The notes under the pieces were generated by a model. It did no database searches. It saw only the letters and a list, made by a program, of their open reading frames with translations, and was not told where the DNA came from. The position numbers and the translations under genes were made by a program. 64,000 bases of DNA from Vicugna vicugna (Eukaryota), in NCBI GenBank assembly GCA_013265495.1, contig MU058065.1:9775720-9839719 (forward strand). Direction: 5' to 3'. This document shows positions 25,381 to 38,505 of the stretch, in pieces. The stretch's first letter is position 1. The number at the start of each line of letters is the position of its first letter.

Positions 25381-28124
25381 GGTAGAGCTGATAAACATAC
25401 TGGGTAGGTTTTGTTACAGACAGAAATCAAAAATCAAAAGTATACCCCTGGAATATACAGTTTCTCTGGAATCACAATGGTGTGTGTGTGGTCGCATATC
25501 ATATCCTGGTTCCCACTTTTTAAGCCAGGCAGGGCAGGGTTACATGATTTGTACATGTTCTCAGTTGTCAGTCCCGTGGTGGTGTTTACTTGCAGGTGGG
25601 GAATGTCTTCTCTCATAAAGATCCAAGGAAAAACGCCAGAGCTCTAGGTTTGTGCACACAAAGTAACTCTCCTGGTTTGTAACACGCAGGCTTCCCAGTT
25701 TGTTTAGCCAGTGGCCTCCAATTGGATTCAGAAGAAGTAGTATTCGCCACAGAATGAGAAATGATTCATTTCTGGTTCAGCGTTAGCCTTGGGCCTGTTC
25801 CTACATAAAGAATTGCTGGGTGAGCCTGATTATATGCAGCGGGTTAGAGGCTTGAACTTCCAGAAAGTGCTCCCTTAATCATTTCACTCAGGTCCTCAAC
25901 CTGACAGAGCCAAGAGCCCCAAAGGGAAAATGCCAAAGGCTTATCTGTTTTTGACCAACATCTTATGGGATTTTACTGCTCTTGGGGCTTCTGTGGGCTG
26001 TTGTGTCCTTTGCCTTGTCCCCTCGCACCCTCCCCCCAGAGTAGTTTGAATGTAAAGACTAATTGATAAAAGACATGTCAGTTACTGTCCTTCTGAACAG
26101 AGGTTCTGAAACACACACCTCACTTAATCCTTGCTCCCTTGCAGGGCTCTGACAACCTCTCTGTCTTGTTGCTGTCTTTTTTCAGTTCTCTTTTTTTTCC
26201 AGACCCCTTCCCTGTCTCCCCTCCCTTTTGACAGCCTGTTTAGTACTCTGTTCTCCTGAGTGGAGAGAGAGTTGCTCGGCAGAGTGTCACACAGTAATGG
26301 AAACTGGGTCCCACGGGTGCCCACTGCCTGTCCCTGAAAGCTTTTTCATCTTGTCCCTTGTTACCCCAGAGAATAATTACTTCAAAGACCAGTCCCAGTG
26401 CCTGGCATTTCAGTTTATCTCATTACCTCCTTTTTTTTGCCAAGCCCGCCAGTGGTGCCAGAAATCAAATCAGGGCTGCTGGCAGGATTGCCTGCCTAGC
26501 ATGTTCAGCCTCTCCACTGCCCGACACTCTAATGTTCCCTGATTGCAAACCCTGTCATCATCTTCTTTGAATTAGCTGCGCCTCCTGAAATGGCATAATG
26601 GCCGTGCAGAGCTGGAGTGCTGATGCAGAGTCCTGTTTTAACTGTCTGTCAAAGCCCAGGCTAATGAATTCTATTAGCATATTAGCTTGCCAGCTCTGGG
26701 AGCCCAGAAGGAGTCGGGCAGCCAAACACAGTTGGCAGAGCTTAGCCGCAGTGCTTCAGAGAGCTCCTTGGCAATGGTGGCACCGGAGACCCCAGTAATG
26801 TAAAAGTACAGACGTGGGGATGTATGCAGAATTAGCAGTCTCGTTTGTTGTAATAGACTCGAGCAGGAGATAATGGGATGACAGATGACATTTTTTGACT
26901 GTGAGGCCTACCTCAGGCATTTTAAAGAACAGGATAGCCTTGAGAGTGCCTCAAGGCACTCATAATCTAATCTTATATGCTTTTTGGAAATTAGAATGTA
27001 TGGAAGCAAGAGGTATTCTGTCCATGTGTGTTTTTTTTTAAAGATGGCATGAGTTATTCATTTGACATTAATTTTATTTTAACGGTGATGACCGGTGATT
27101 GGCATCATTGCTTTAATAATTAGACACCATTCTTAGGACTGCTCGTTGAGATTGAATGATTGCTTAATGACCAAGACATCCCCTTCTCCACCTGTACGCT
27201 GAAATTCAGCTCCCCAGGATAGCAAAATGCATAATCATTAATAACAGAAAAAGTGCATTTTTCTAGCAAACAGAGACTTGAAGTGGACACATAATCATCA
27301 CTGATTTTACATTAGTGTTTAGGATAAACTTAACTGTAAGTGCTGGTCCCAGGGTTGCTAGGCAACCAGTGGTGATTGTTATGGCCAATATGCAACTCTT
27401 AAAGGTATGCTTAATGGATGTAATCTTCAATTTAGTTAGAAATTAATTTAAAAATGTATAGCCTGAAATACTTTATGTTAATAAACTTTTAAATATTGCA
27501 ACATGGTATTAGCGCTAAATGTGTGACAGGCACTGAATTCCAGAAAGTTTTCTTAAAACTGTATTAACTTGTGTTTAGAACTAAATTATTCTGCCCACCA
27601 AAATAACTTTTGAATAAATTAGCAAATTAATTAGCATTATTCCCCAAGACTTGGTGAAAACCCGCACATGTCTGGGTAAAGGATTGCAGACACAGCAAAT
27701 GTGATTATCAGGGCTGTTGCTGGATGTTCAGTCTTTGGTTGTTTTTCTCTAAGTCTGCTATCTCTTACATTAAATATGATCGCTTTTCAATCCTTACTGT
27801 CAACAGAAGAAATACATGAAGGAACTTTGACTTAGTGCATCAGATGCTGCACTGAAATCTTAATATTTATTTTGGAAAGATAACCCACAATAGTTGAACA
27901 GGGTATTTTTTACTCAAAGATAATGGTGCTTATACTTCTTTATGATCTTCTTATTTTAGTTTTCTTTCATTTGCTTACTTTTTTGTTGAAGGATTATTTA
28001 TCTTCTTCCTTAAAAGTAAACACAGTTGTGCCTTTTTGTGGAAAATACAGTTTGCCTGTTGGTTATTTGACACTTTGGAAGTTGAATGCCTGCAATGAAA
28101 TGAAGTTAAGTGGGTCATCGGCTA

Positions 28125-28655
28125 TTGTGGACACTAATGGTTGCTTATTTAATAGCAAATCCTTCTTGCCTGTGTTTCCCCACCCTGTAATTTTTTTCTT
28201 CAGAAACCTGATTTTGCTCATGTTCCTGGAGGAAGATGGAACCCTCTCCAGCCCCTCACTCAGCAAGGAAGATCTTGATTAGTCCATGGCTGAGCCAGTC
28301 ACAATAATTCCAGACCCCCTTGACTGCCATTGGCTTAGGATTGAGCATGTGATGTGATTCAGGCCAAAGTGATAGGAGGAAATTACAAAAAGGAGATGCG
28401 CCCTTACTTCTCATTCTGGCATTTGAATATTATGTGATCGTGTAATATTTGAAGCTACTGCACCAAATTATAACCATGAAGGAGGCAAACAGGTATAAAT
28501 CCTAAAGATGGCAGATAAAAAAAGATGTCATTTTCAAGCCACTGAATTAATCAGCCCTGGAACTTTGGACTCCTTATACGAGATGATACATTTTCCTTAT
28601 GTTTAGGCAATAAACTTTCCATTTCTTGTAGCTCAGACATCATAACTGATACTAC
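28125..28655 (+). mobile_element. MaLR LTR (MLT1-like)
   Basis: 'ccattggcttaggattgagcatgtgatgtgattcaggccaa' and the terminal 'ttcttgtagctcagacatcataactgatac' are typical of MLT1. Confidence 0.6.
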
Positions 28656-29379
28656 CTGCCATTGTTTTATTACTAGGCAGGGTTCATACAAAGACAAATG
28701 TTTATGATTTCTCATATGTCTTATTCTCTTAGATCATTAAAATTGCAATGTACAATATTTTCCTCTGCTTCAGTTGGCTGGCTCTATATGGCATATGATT
28801 TCACACTTGCCTTCAATGCAGCAGTCAAATGAACTGATTGATTGTTCTGTTCATCAACCATTTATAAGTAAGCCTCTCTGCCAGCCACCTAGGAACAGCT
28901 ATAAATACAGCCCAATCCCTATAATCAAATAGTATTCGAAAAGACAAAACTGTATTTTTTGGTATATACTAAGAATGCATCTTTGATGAGAGAGCGGAGA
29001 AGGAGGATGGATGGTGGTAAGAAGAAAGGAGAGGACTTAATTTGTATTTTCAACACTGAAGTCCAGTTAGTAATTACATTTTCATAAAAATGCATCAGCT
29101 CACTCAGTATCAATTTTCCTTTTAATTGTTTGCAACCAAAGTGAGTAGAGGTTACCATGGAGCACAAATAAAAGTTCAGTCATACCACATGGTTGCTGAG
29201 GATCAGGAATGACAGCACTGGATGACTATGGAGTGATGATCAGAGCTTCAGTTTGGACTAAAACCGCACAACTCGGGGAGCCCAACCAGGTTCCTCTCCG
29301 TAAATAGAAGAGCGATGGATGGATGAAGAATAGACTCAGAGAACAGAGGCTTTTTATTATTGTTCACTTTTCATGGCAA

Positions 29380-29760
29380 CCACACCAAATTATTTACAGT
29401 TTCCCCAAAACTATTCCACACTCTGTAGCTTTGCACATTCTACAGTCTTCACATGAGTCTCTCTCTGTTCCTTGTTTGTTGGCTAAATTTCATTTATTCT
29501 TCAAAGACACCTCAACCACCAATGCTCAGATAATCACCTCCCGTGAGCTCTTTCTGGAGCCCTCTCCAAAGTGTTAATAACACTATTCTGCAGCTTATGT
29601 CTTCCATGGTATCATATGCCTTTCCCGCCTAATGGCAATGACTGGTTTCTATGTCTTTCTTCACCATCACCCTTGGAGCTTCTTTGGAAAGGGAGCCATT
29701 GATTTGTTCCTCTGTGTGTTTTTAATGCCTAACCCAGTGCCAGGCACACAGTGGGCAGGC
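29380..29760. mobile_element. L2 3' relic
   Basis: 'ctttgcacattc...cacctcccgtgagctctttctgg...aatgcctaacccagtgccaggcacacagtggg' matches an L2 3' end. Confidence 0.6.
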
Positions 29761-32699
29761 AGCCTTTACACCGCTGCCATCCCAGTGTTAGGGGGGAAGG
29801 CTGTTGCAATGCTATTGTGAAGAATGTGAGAAATTAAACTTCATTGTTATCTAAGTACACGCACTCCCCTTTCAGCCAGTGGTGGACTGCATTCACCAGT
29901 TTAGGCTTCATACCAACAAATAGGTTGAAGCAACTCACTTCAGTGTGTTTTATTGAATTTATAATTAACTGTGCCTTTTGTTTCTCTCCTTTACTGTTAT
30001 CTGGGCATTGGTAATGCTTTGTAATGGAACAAAGAGGAAAGGTGAGACTGAAAAAATCATTGTTACTCTTAGTAATGTGAGGGGAAATGTGAAGTTAAAC
30101 TTGAGAGCTAACATGAGAGGTTTTGATTGCCTGTGGGGTTTCACTTTTTCTTTCCCTCTGGCCCTGCTAATTGAGATAAGAGGCCAGTGAGATCTGGGCC
30201 TGTGTTGGTGGGTCTGACTGGATGGGCCCCGAGGAACTTCAAGTAATTGTTATTAGGAGCTCACAGAATAGGTAACTCAGCTTGACTTAACTGCCTTCAG
30301 TCCCATTATTCTTGGGATGACCCCAGTGGAGTCTGTCTTTAGCAGTCTCTTTGGATCTTTGATATGCAGAACATTTAGGACTGAAAGAGCTGTGAAATGA
30401 ATAAGAGAATATTGATGTCCCGCTATTTAATTGCCTTCTAAATCCATGGTAAATTTTTCAGTGATTTTAAATTCTGAAAGAATAGCAGACTCATTGATTT
30501 CTATAATTCATTTATTTAGGGATTTCTATTATCAACTGAATTTGATTGATGGCTTCATGACAAATAGCTGTGTGCTCAGCATATACCAGCTCTCTGGAAG
30601 CTCACTCAGCCATAAACAATGTGAGATAATTCTTGGGTCCTTTTGCTGAGTCTGTACTTTGCTATTTGGGGACCTGATTGAGATACCTTAAGTGAATAAG
30701 GTAAAGTACAATACCCACTTAGTTCCTTTGGCTAAGGAGAAAAAAAAAAGATATTTCTATGTGGACCCTGAGACTCCGCAAAGTCCTGTTCTGAGATCCT
30801 GTGGCATTCACTCAAAAATGACATGATCCAGAACACAGTGGAGTCACTTGGACAAAGAAACAGTGGCATCCACTGTGTGCTGTGATAATTGAGTGTGTGT
30901 CCAAGTCTGTTTTGCTCAATCATAAGGGATGGTAGGTAGTGATGATATATCTTCATCAAAAATTAAAATTGGAGCCCTTTAAATTTTCAAGTTTGTTTTT
31001 CTTAGATAGGATTTGATTCACAACTTCTAGACAGATGGAAATCAGTGCGTTTTCTATTTTAGAGAAAATAGGAAGTCATTATATAAAACTTCACTCTTGA
31101 AAACTTGTTTGCCAGTGAGATGTTATTGACTCTAAATATTCCTTCCAGATTATATAAATGGAAATTGTGACACCAATTTTAAAATACTCTTAATGCTTTT
31201 CCTGATTATAAATCAATCTATATTTCAAAAAATTAGAAAATTAAAAAAAAAAGAAGGGAATTAAAATTACCAGTAAAACCACTAACCAGAGATCACCATT
31301 ATGAATGCTAGTTAATTAGCTGCAGATACTGGTAAGTTTTCTTCCCAGAACAGCAAGAAGGCAAAGCTTATTAGGCAAGGGTTAATGTTGGTCATAATAA
31401 TGATGAAGTTTTTGTACTTTTGCTGTTTACCTAACATCTACTAGGTAGTGTGGAGCTTGAGTCCGGAAGTTGAGTCAGGGACATTGTGGCAAACTGGGTA
31501 AGTGTGCGGTTGCACCAGGTACCAGACATCCTTTGCCTCTTCTGAGGTAACAAGTGAAACCATCATCACCATCTGTTACAGGAAAGGAACAGGAAGTTTC
31601 ACTTGAAGCTTACTTTTGGCTTTATAACTTACAAATTCACAAATAAAAGTTATAGCTATCTAAAATAAGATGAACCAATGAATAAGCAGAACTGAAAGAG
31701 ATTAAGAAATTGTACTATCTTTTTGATATGTAGCATGAAAATATATACTCTTGGATTGTTAGTATTGGTTGATTTTTTTTTAGTACAGATTATGATAGGA
31801 TTGGAAAGTATTACAATAATTTTAGAGCAAGATCAAGCAAACATCTTAAGGGACATCATTCCTATTGTCACTTTATCTCTTTTATACAATAACTTCCCTG
31901 AATGTAAAATGACCGTTGTTGGTTATTAGATGACATTACTTAGCCATTTCATATTCAGCTTCTTAGGATTTAAAAGACATGTTATGAGTAACATGTTGAA
32001 ATAGTAATCTCTTACAAGAATATCATCTGTGTTTTAAAATGAGTAAAGAATTTAGTCAGCTAATGTTTATAAAATTACTTTAGCTACTAAGGAAAAACTA
32101 AAGAAAATAATTTACTTATGCTTATTTGGTAATCATTGGTGAATAGACTCTTTGTATGAAAAATATAATAACAAATAATAGTATGAATATTTGGGACATT
32201 CAATGGGCCCTTTTGGCCATATGAGTTGTAGTATGCTGTATCTTCATAATTAGTAAAGATATGGTTTGTGTTGTTGAATTATATGCCTGATATGTTTGCA
32301 TCTTTATGGTTAATTTTTTAATTATAATGAAGGAAAAAAGTGACACCAATAAATCAAAGATGAAGCTACCCAATAAAACCTGCATAATTGTCCATGTAGT
32401 CTACTACTAGTCCAACTCTGAGAGAAGCACCAAAAGACACTGTAGTCATTTTTTTGCCCTTCTTGGGTTTTTTTTTTTTTTTTGAAGAAAATGAGATTTG
32501 TTTTCTAAATGTCCATCAGTGATGCTCAGTAAATTGGACATAAATTTATCTAAAGTTTCTTTCAATCCCCTTCTATTTTTGGTTTCAGTCCTTTCTTAGG
32601 AGTAACATCTTGTTTTAAGCTGGCTCTCGCTGTATAGAATCTTACTAATTTTTCTTGTTTGCTTAAGAATTAAAGCTTTAACTTTTCAGGGACTAGCCT

Positions 32700-35050
32700 T
32701 TGATTCTGTGTATTGGTGAACGAAGTCATGATCAGTCTCCTTATATGCTTTTTATTCAATACACCTGGATCCTACAACAGCACTCAAACTCTGTGATTCT
32801 GAGCCCACGTGTTTTAACAGTTTGAATCCAATTTGACACAGTCTGCTCAACCTTCTTACTGGTTGTAGATGCTGAGCTCTAGGCTTCATTCAGTTTAGAT
32901 GTACTGTTCCTGAGACATGGTGACCAGAAGAAGCACTTTGCTGCCTGAGACATATCTAGTCTTGAAAATGTTTTGTTTGTAAAGCACTTTCCCAGGCTTC
33001 TTTAGCATTGTGTTTCAATCTTTAGCCATAGAAGCAAAGTAAGCTGATTTTAGGAGGAATGGTTCATAGCTCTTCCTGAACATTTTTCTAGAATTTTAGT
33101 GACTGATAAGCTCTCAGATCCTATATGTATATTTCTGTGTTACTATTTTCTAAAGTTAATTGTTTAATACTAGTACACATTAAAGATCGTCTACCATTGT
33201 TCTTTCTACTTAGGCAAATTGGGAAGATTTTTCTTTTTTTTACATTTTTTATTGATTCATAATCATTTTACAGTGTTGTGTCAAATTCCAGTGTTCAGCA
33301 CAATTTTTTTTTAGCATTTTTTTCCTCCCAGTAAGCTTGGACAGTTCACAACTAACGTAAGTTTCATGTCACTTACAAACTTGATTTCTCCATTTGGTCT
33401 TTTTTTTTTTTCTTTTATGAATCTATATAAAACTGATTCATCAGGAATACTCCTATTATTACTTCATAATCCAGAGACACTTCCATTTATCTCTCCCCTT
33501 TGCCTTTGTCTCTAGGGTGATTCCCTCTTGGTGAGAAAAAGTCTCATTATAAGTGAAAAACCTGCTTTGTGTGTGTGTGTGAAATGTAAGGGTGAAACTT
33601 TGTCAGTGTTTTTGAAAGTCGAAATAAATAGTACCCATTGTTTTCCTTTTGGACATAAGCTTATATATTCCTATGTTCCTTCTTTGACTAATTTTAGTTT
33701 TATTATGGAGATTTTCAAACACACAAAATAGAAGAAAAGGGTAATAAACCACCGTGTGCCCATCTGATCATCAGTCTGCTTTCTTTCTTCTTACATCGAT
33801 CTCTTCTTACTTTTTTCTTCTTAAGTATTTTAAAGCCATCTCCGAATATTATATACTTTCATTCATAAGTAGTCTGATTTCTAATATATAAGCACTCAAA
33901 AAAACTCAACAAAATTTTGAGAATTTCGTAGTATCTGGTTCAAGTTTCCTAAGTCATCTCAAAAATACCCCTCATAGATCATTAGAGAAGACTCTTCCTC
34001 AGATAAACCATAACTCCTCCAGGTATTGCATTTTCAGTGTTTATGTAGATGCCATCACCTTTTCAAATTTAGAGGTCCGACCGAGAGACTTTTGTTTCCA
34101 GAATCTCCTATGGAGTCCTTCCTATGAAGGTGAGTCACACTGGCAACCCGCCATTCTTCTCCCACAGTGGCATTAAAACAACATGCTGTACATTTTGGCC
34201 AACGTGTCCATATTTCACCCTTGAGTTGCTTTGGAAGTCTTGGGTGATGTTGTGTGGTCCTGGTGATTTATTTACATTTAGTGTGTCACTTAGGTGTGGG
34301 AAAATCCTGTATTTTCCACTCTTTGTTCTAATACCTCTGATATGTCCACTTCAGAGCAAGATGGAGGTGAGACTCTTTCTAAAGCCTTGTTCAGTCAAGA
34401 ATGAGGCAAATAATTCACTGATTCTCCTTGTCATCCCTTCATCATCCCTGAGTGACCTTTGACCTTCTCCAGCTGGCTTCCTGACTTTGTTATACTTAAA
34501 AGGTTTTGCATTTTTCTTTGGAGTCCCTTGCGAGCTGCTCTGCTGATTTCTTCATGGACCATTTGTTTTTAGTTTGCCTCTGCCCTGTTCTACAGTCCTT
34601 TTCTTCAAGAGTAGCAAGTTCTACATTAAACAATATTTGTGTGGCCCTTTTACATTACCAGCTTGGCATGAGTGGCTTTTCTTTAAGTGCTGTCTGTTTT
34701 GATTGGTACTCACATTTTTTTCCCGGCCTTCCAGCAAGGTGTTTTCACACAGTCTCTAGCGGTACTTCTTTATTTTGAAAACCTTTCTTATCCAAACATG
34801 TGCCTTTTCTCTTTCCTTCCCTTGCAAGAATTGCAAAACCACATGATGGAATTTGAAGCGTTCTCTGTCCTGCTTGAACGTCTGGGTCATAATGTGATTG
34901 CTGTCCAAGAGTGGTTCTCCCACAAGATATTTCTGGCTTCATTGTACAATCGACTCCTGAGGATCATGTGATCTGTGCCTGGCTATGGAAGGCACTATCT
35001 AACTCTCTTCTGCAGCCACAGACTTGCCTGGTAGCATCTCCCTTAGGCTG
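32700..35050 (-). mobile_element. Ancient CR1/L3-like LINE ORF2 relic, interrupted by younger L1 pieces
   Basis: Minus-strand peptide remnants NVNKSPGP (34255-34278) and IYFDFQK (33609-33629) appear in CR1 ORF2 order. Outer boundaries are uncertain. Confidence 0.6.
33234..33307 (-). mobile_element. ~70-bp 3' stub of the young L1 family
   Basis: Near-identical to 8033-8100 (acattttttattgatt.ataatcattttaca.tgttgtgtcaaattccagtgttcagcacaat). Confidence 0.9.
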
Positions 35051-35090
35051 CTATTAAGACTGGCTTTTCCATTGTTTCATTAACTGACTG

Positions 35091-35221
35091 GTGGGAAGGT
35101 ATAGTTCAAGTGGTAGAGTGCATGCTTAGCGCACACAGGGTCCTGGGTTCAATCCTCAGTATCTCCTCTAAAAATAAATAAGTAAACCTAATTATCTCCC
35201 ACCCCAAAAATTTTTTTAAAA
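35091..35221 (+). mobile_element. tRNA-derived SINE (vic-1-like)
   Basis: A/B boxes present. 12-bp TSD attaactgactg at 35079-35090 and 35222-35233. Confidence 0.92.
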
Positions 35222-35406
35222 ATTAACTGACTGAACAGTTGAAAATTAACAGACTGGCCAGGGGAAAGGTAGTTAGGAATTTATTTAGAATTTGGTTGGA
35301 GCCAATTTGAGATTTATCATTTTACCATTTATGTTTATTATTTCATGACATGGATAATACATTATAGACAATTAGGACTTGATCTTAAATGTTGTTTAGA
35401 TGATGT

Positions 35407-35695
35407 AGAGCAACAGTGTCTGGTAGAAATGTGAATTACATATGGAATTTAGAATTCCTTAAAAAGGTTAAAAAGCAACAGGTGAAATTAACTGTAATAA
35501 TATATTTTATTTAGCTGCAATAGCCAAAATATAATTATTTCAACATGTAATCAATATGCACATTATTAATGAGATATTTTATACTAAATTTTCGAACTCT
35601 AAGGTGTACTTTATACTTACAGCACATTTCAATTTGAGCTAGCCATATTGCAAGGACTCAGTGGCCACATGTGACAGTGGCCACCATATTGGATC
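35407..35695. mobile_element. hAT-Charlie MITE (MER33/MER3-like)
   Basis: 'tatacttacagcacatttcaatttgagctagccatattgcaagg...gtggccacatgtgacagtggccaccatattgga' resembles the recalled consensus. Confidence 0.7.
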
Positions 35696-38319
35696 CTCTT
35701 TAGAAAACAGTCATTTGTTGCTCTACAAACCATTCAGAATTTATATGCATATATATTTAGGGTTTTTTCTTTTATTGACACCTGTGGCAGCAGTATAACT
35801 CTGAAGGAGCCATTTTACCTGACAGTCAGAAGAAAGTTGATGATTTAACTGTATAACTGTATTACTCTAATGTACTTGGTATATCTTCTCTAATTAAAAT
35901 AAGATTATCTTACAACTTATGAAATGAATATCTGGCATAATAGACTCAGAATGTGATGAAAATGTTTTCATTAAGTGCTAAGATACCCTGCAAGGCATGG
36001 CATTTTATCTCAAATCTCTAATAACATTAATATACCCTTTTAATCTCTGAAGCATTCAAGACTTAATAGGAACTCCTTAAAGAATGACAGAATTATAAGA
36101 CTTGCAGGGTTACTTGAAAGGACTCATAGTCTTCCATGAACGCGAGCAAGTGTGAAATTCTTCCTTGGTGGAAACTACATAGAGTTTCCTTTGCTCTCAG
36201 ACAAGACTCAAAAGCCACATATGAGGGGAATGGATGCAGAAGGGAGGAAGGTAGGGGTTCATGGGGTTTTCCAGTAATTGTCCTTGGCTTCAGTTATAGC
36301 AGTGTGACTTGGCTGCCACTCCTCCTTGGGGATGCTGGCTGTGTGTGCACGAGTTGGGAACTCAGTACAAGTGATTTAGGAATTCCATTATCACTTTACA
36401 GAACAATTGGTGGGAAACTGCAGTTAGGAATTCTCTCCCTTCTTTCCCGTTGTTTATTGTACAGGAGTGTATCTACTTGTTGCTTTCCTTTCGTAGAAGA
36501 GCTATGCATAGATAGTAAACATTACTTTGTTATCTGTCTTGCTGCAGGTCTCATTTTCCATTCAAATTACAGAAAGCAATATTGCAGGGGTGGTGGGGAG
36601 TTCCACTGAGTGCTTTATGTAATTTCTCACACTTGATGTTGAGTAGATGTAGAAATAATCTGCTGAGGATGAGGAGAACTAGCTTCTATTCCTCCCTCTG
36701 CTAGTGGTTAATACTCACTTTGGATGACTCTGGATATACTTTCTCTTGTCTTATTTTTACAGCTATCCTAATGGAACCGCTTAGAGCTCATTAGGGAAAA
36801 GTTGCTACAGTATTAATCCAAGAGACCAGTATGGTAATGCCTTGCTACTCTAATAAAAACAAATGATAGATTCTGCAAATGTACCTTTCTAAACATTATG
36901 ACATGATTGGCCTGTAATGTTTTGGTCCTGTAACCTTTGTTCTGTAAGAAACTGATAGCGAACAGTCTACGTTCCCACGAGAACCTCCACTCTGCTAGAT
37001 GCAATACAACTCTTCAGAGGAACCAGATGAGGGCGCTGTGATGAAGACACTGACATCTAGCTGTATTGTGAGCTGGGAGAGTGCAGGAGGAGAGTAGAAC
37101 GAAGCATGTTGCACAAGCCACTTCCTTGGTGGGTCTCTATCAACACAGACTCTGCCTTTTTAACCAGTGCTCTGAATGAAGTCAGTAACACAGAGACCTC
37201 ACTTCAGGGAACATTGCCAAGCTCGGCAGAGAGACCATGAGATTCTTTTCCTGACTCCTTGGTTCTAGCAGCTGACGAGTGTGGAGGGTTTTATTTTTTT
37301 TGTTTTGCTACCTTTCAACTCCTCTGGTAATTGACCTGGACTCTCTGACCATATGACTACTTGTTCATCTTTTGTCTCTAGTGGAATGAGAATTCACACT
37401 TCTTCCAACAGCCTGTTTACTCAGTATGGGACCCTTGGTCTCTGACCCTGCTCATGACCGCATCTCTGTCTTGTCTTTCACCCCTGACCTGAATCCCTGA
37501 GTTTCCCTTTACCCTTGGCCATAAACCCTGGTCACTTGAACCGGCATCTGTCACTCAATTTAACCAGTTTTATTTTAGCATTCTTTGCTAGTCCATCATT
37601 CTTGAAGCCTTCACAGCCATTGAATGCTTGCCATCCTCAGGGTGAGCCTGGGCAAAACAGATATAGGTCAGTTGTACTAACTGCAGGCTTTTTGAAAAAG
37701 CACTTGGCATTTGAGACTGTGGAAGAAGAAAAAGAGGAAGCAATGCATGGAGATCACAGTGTCTCATATAAACACCTCTGCTGAGAACATAATGAAGGTT
37801 AAATTGTGCCTGACACACAGCAAAGGCAACAGGGCTGCAGGTCTTAAAGGAAGTTGTTTGATAACGTTATTCTAAAAGCAACTGAATCTATGGAGTTGGT
37901 ACCAATAAAAGGATGCTATTACAGGCTCATTTTCCAAACATTCTAAACAGAAACTATTTCTTAAAACAAAATGGTCCTTTCTTTCTCATCTGACTAGCAT
38001 TTAGAGCACTTTTCCTCAGCTATTGCAGAGCTTCACAAGCTTATTATCAAGATGCACAGAAACCCAGGCTGAGGGGCGCTCGAGCTCCTTCTGACCTTTT
38101 CTCCTTCCTAGAGTTCTCTTTGCTTGTTTGACCTTGAGGATGACTCATTTTTTTCACTCAGTGCAAGCCTCCATGTCAGAAGTAATTCCTTTTGGGCTTT
38201 GGGAAGGCTTGGTGGTGTGATTGGGTTCACAGGAAGTAGAAGGTTTGTGTGTGTGGGGGGTGTGTGTGTATTCAGCCAGGAACTGACGGGTTTAGATTCT
38301 GGGTTTACATCAATTTTTA

Positions 38320-38505
38320 CAATTATTTCAAGGTGTGGACTGGCAGATAGCCTTCGTCAGAATCACTTGGGGTGCTTGTTAAATATTTAAGTTCCCAGGT
38401 CCATCCTGGATCAACTGAATCTGAATTTACAGTCTGGAGCTCAGGACTTTTATCAAAACAACTTCTTTAGATGGTTCTCATGCACACAAAAATTGAGATC
38501 CATTA
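38320..38505. mobile_element. MER5A-like hAT MITE
   Basis: 'tcagaatcacttggggtgcttgttaaat...ttcccaggtccatcc...actgaatctgaat...gcacacaaaaattgaga'. Confidence 0.75.

Noticed and set aside
36136..36609. 157-aa plus-strand ORF
   Set aside because: No recognisable homology or exon structure.
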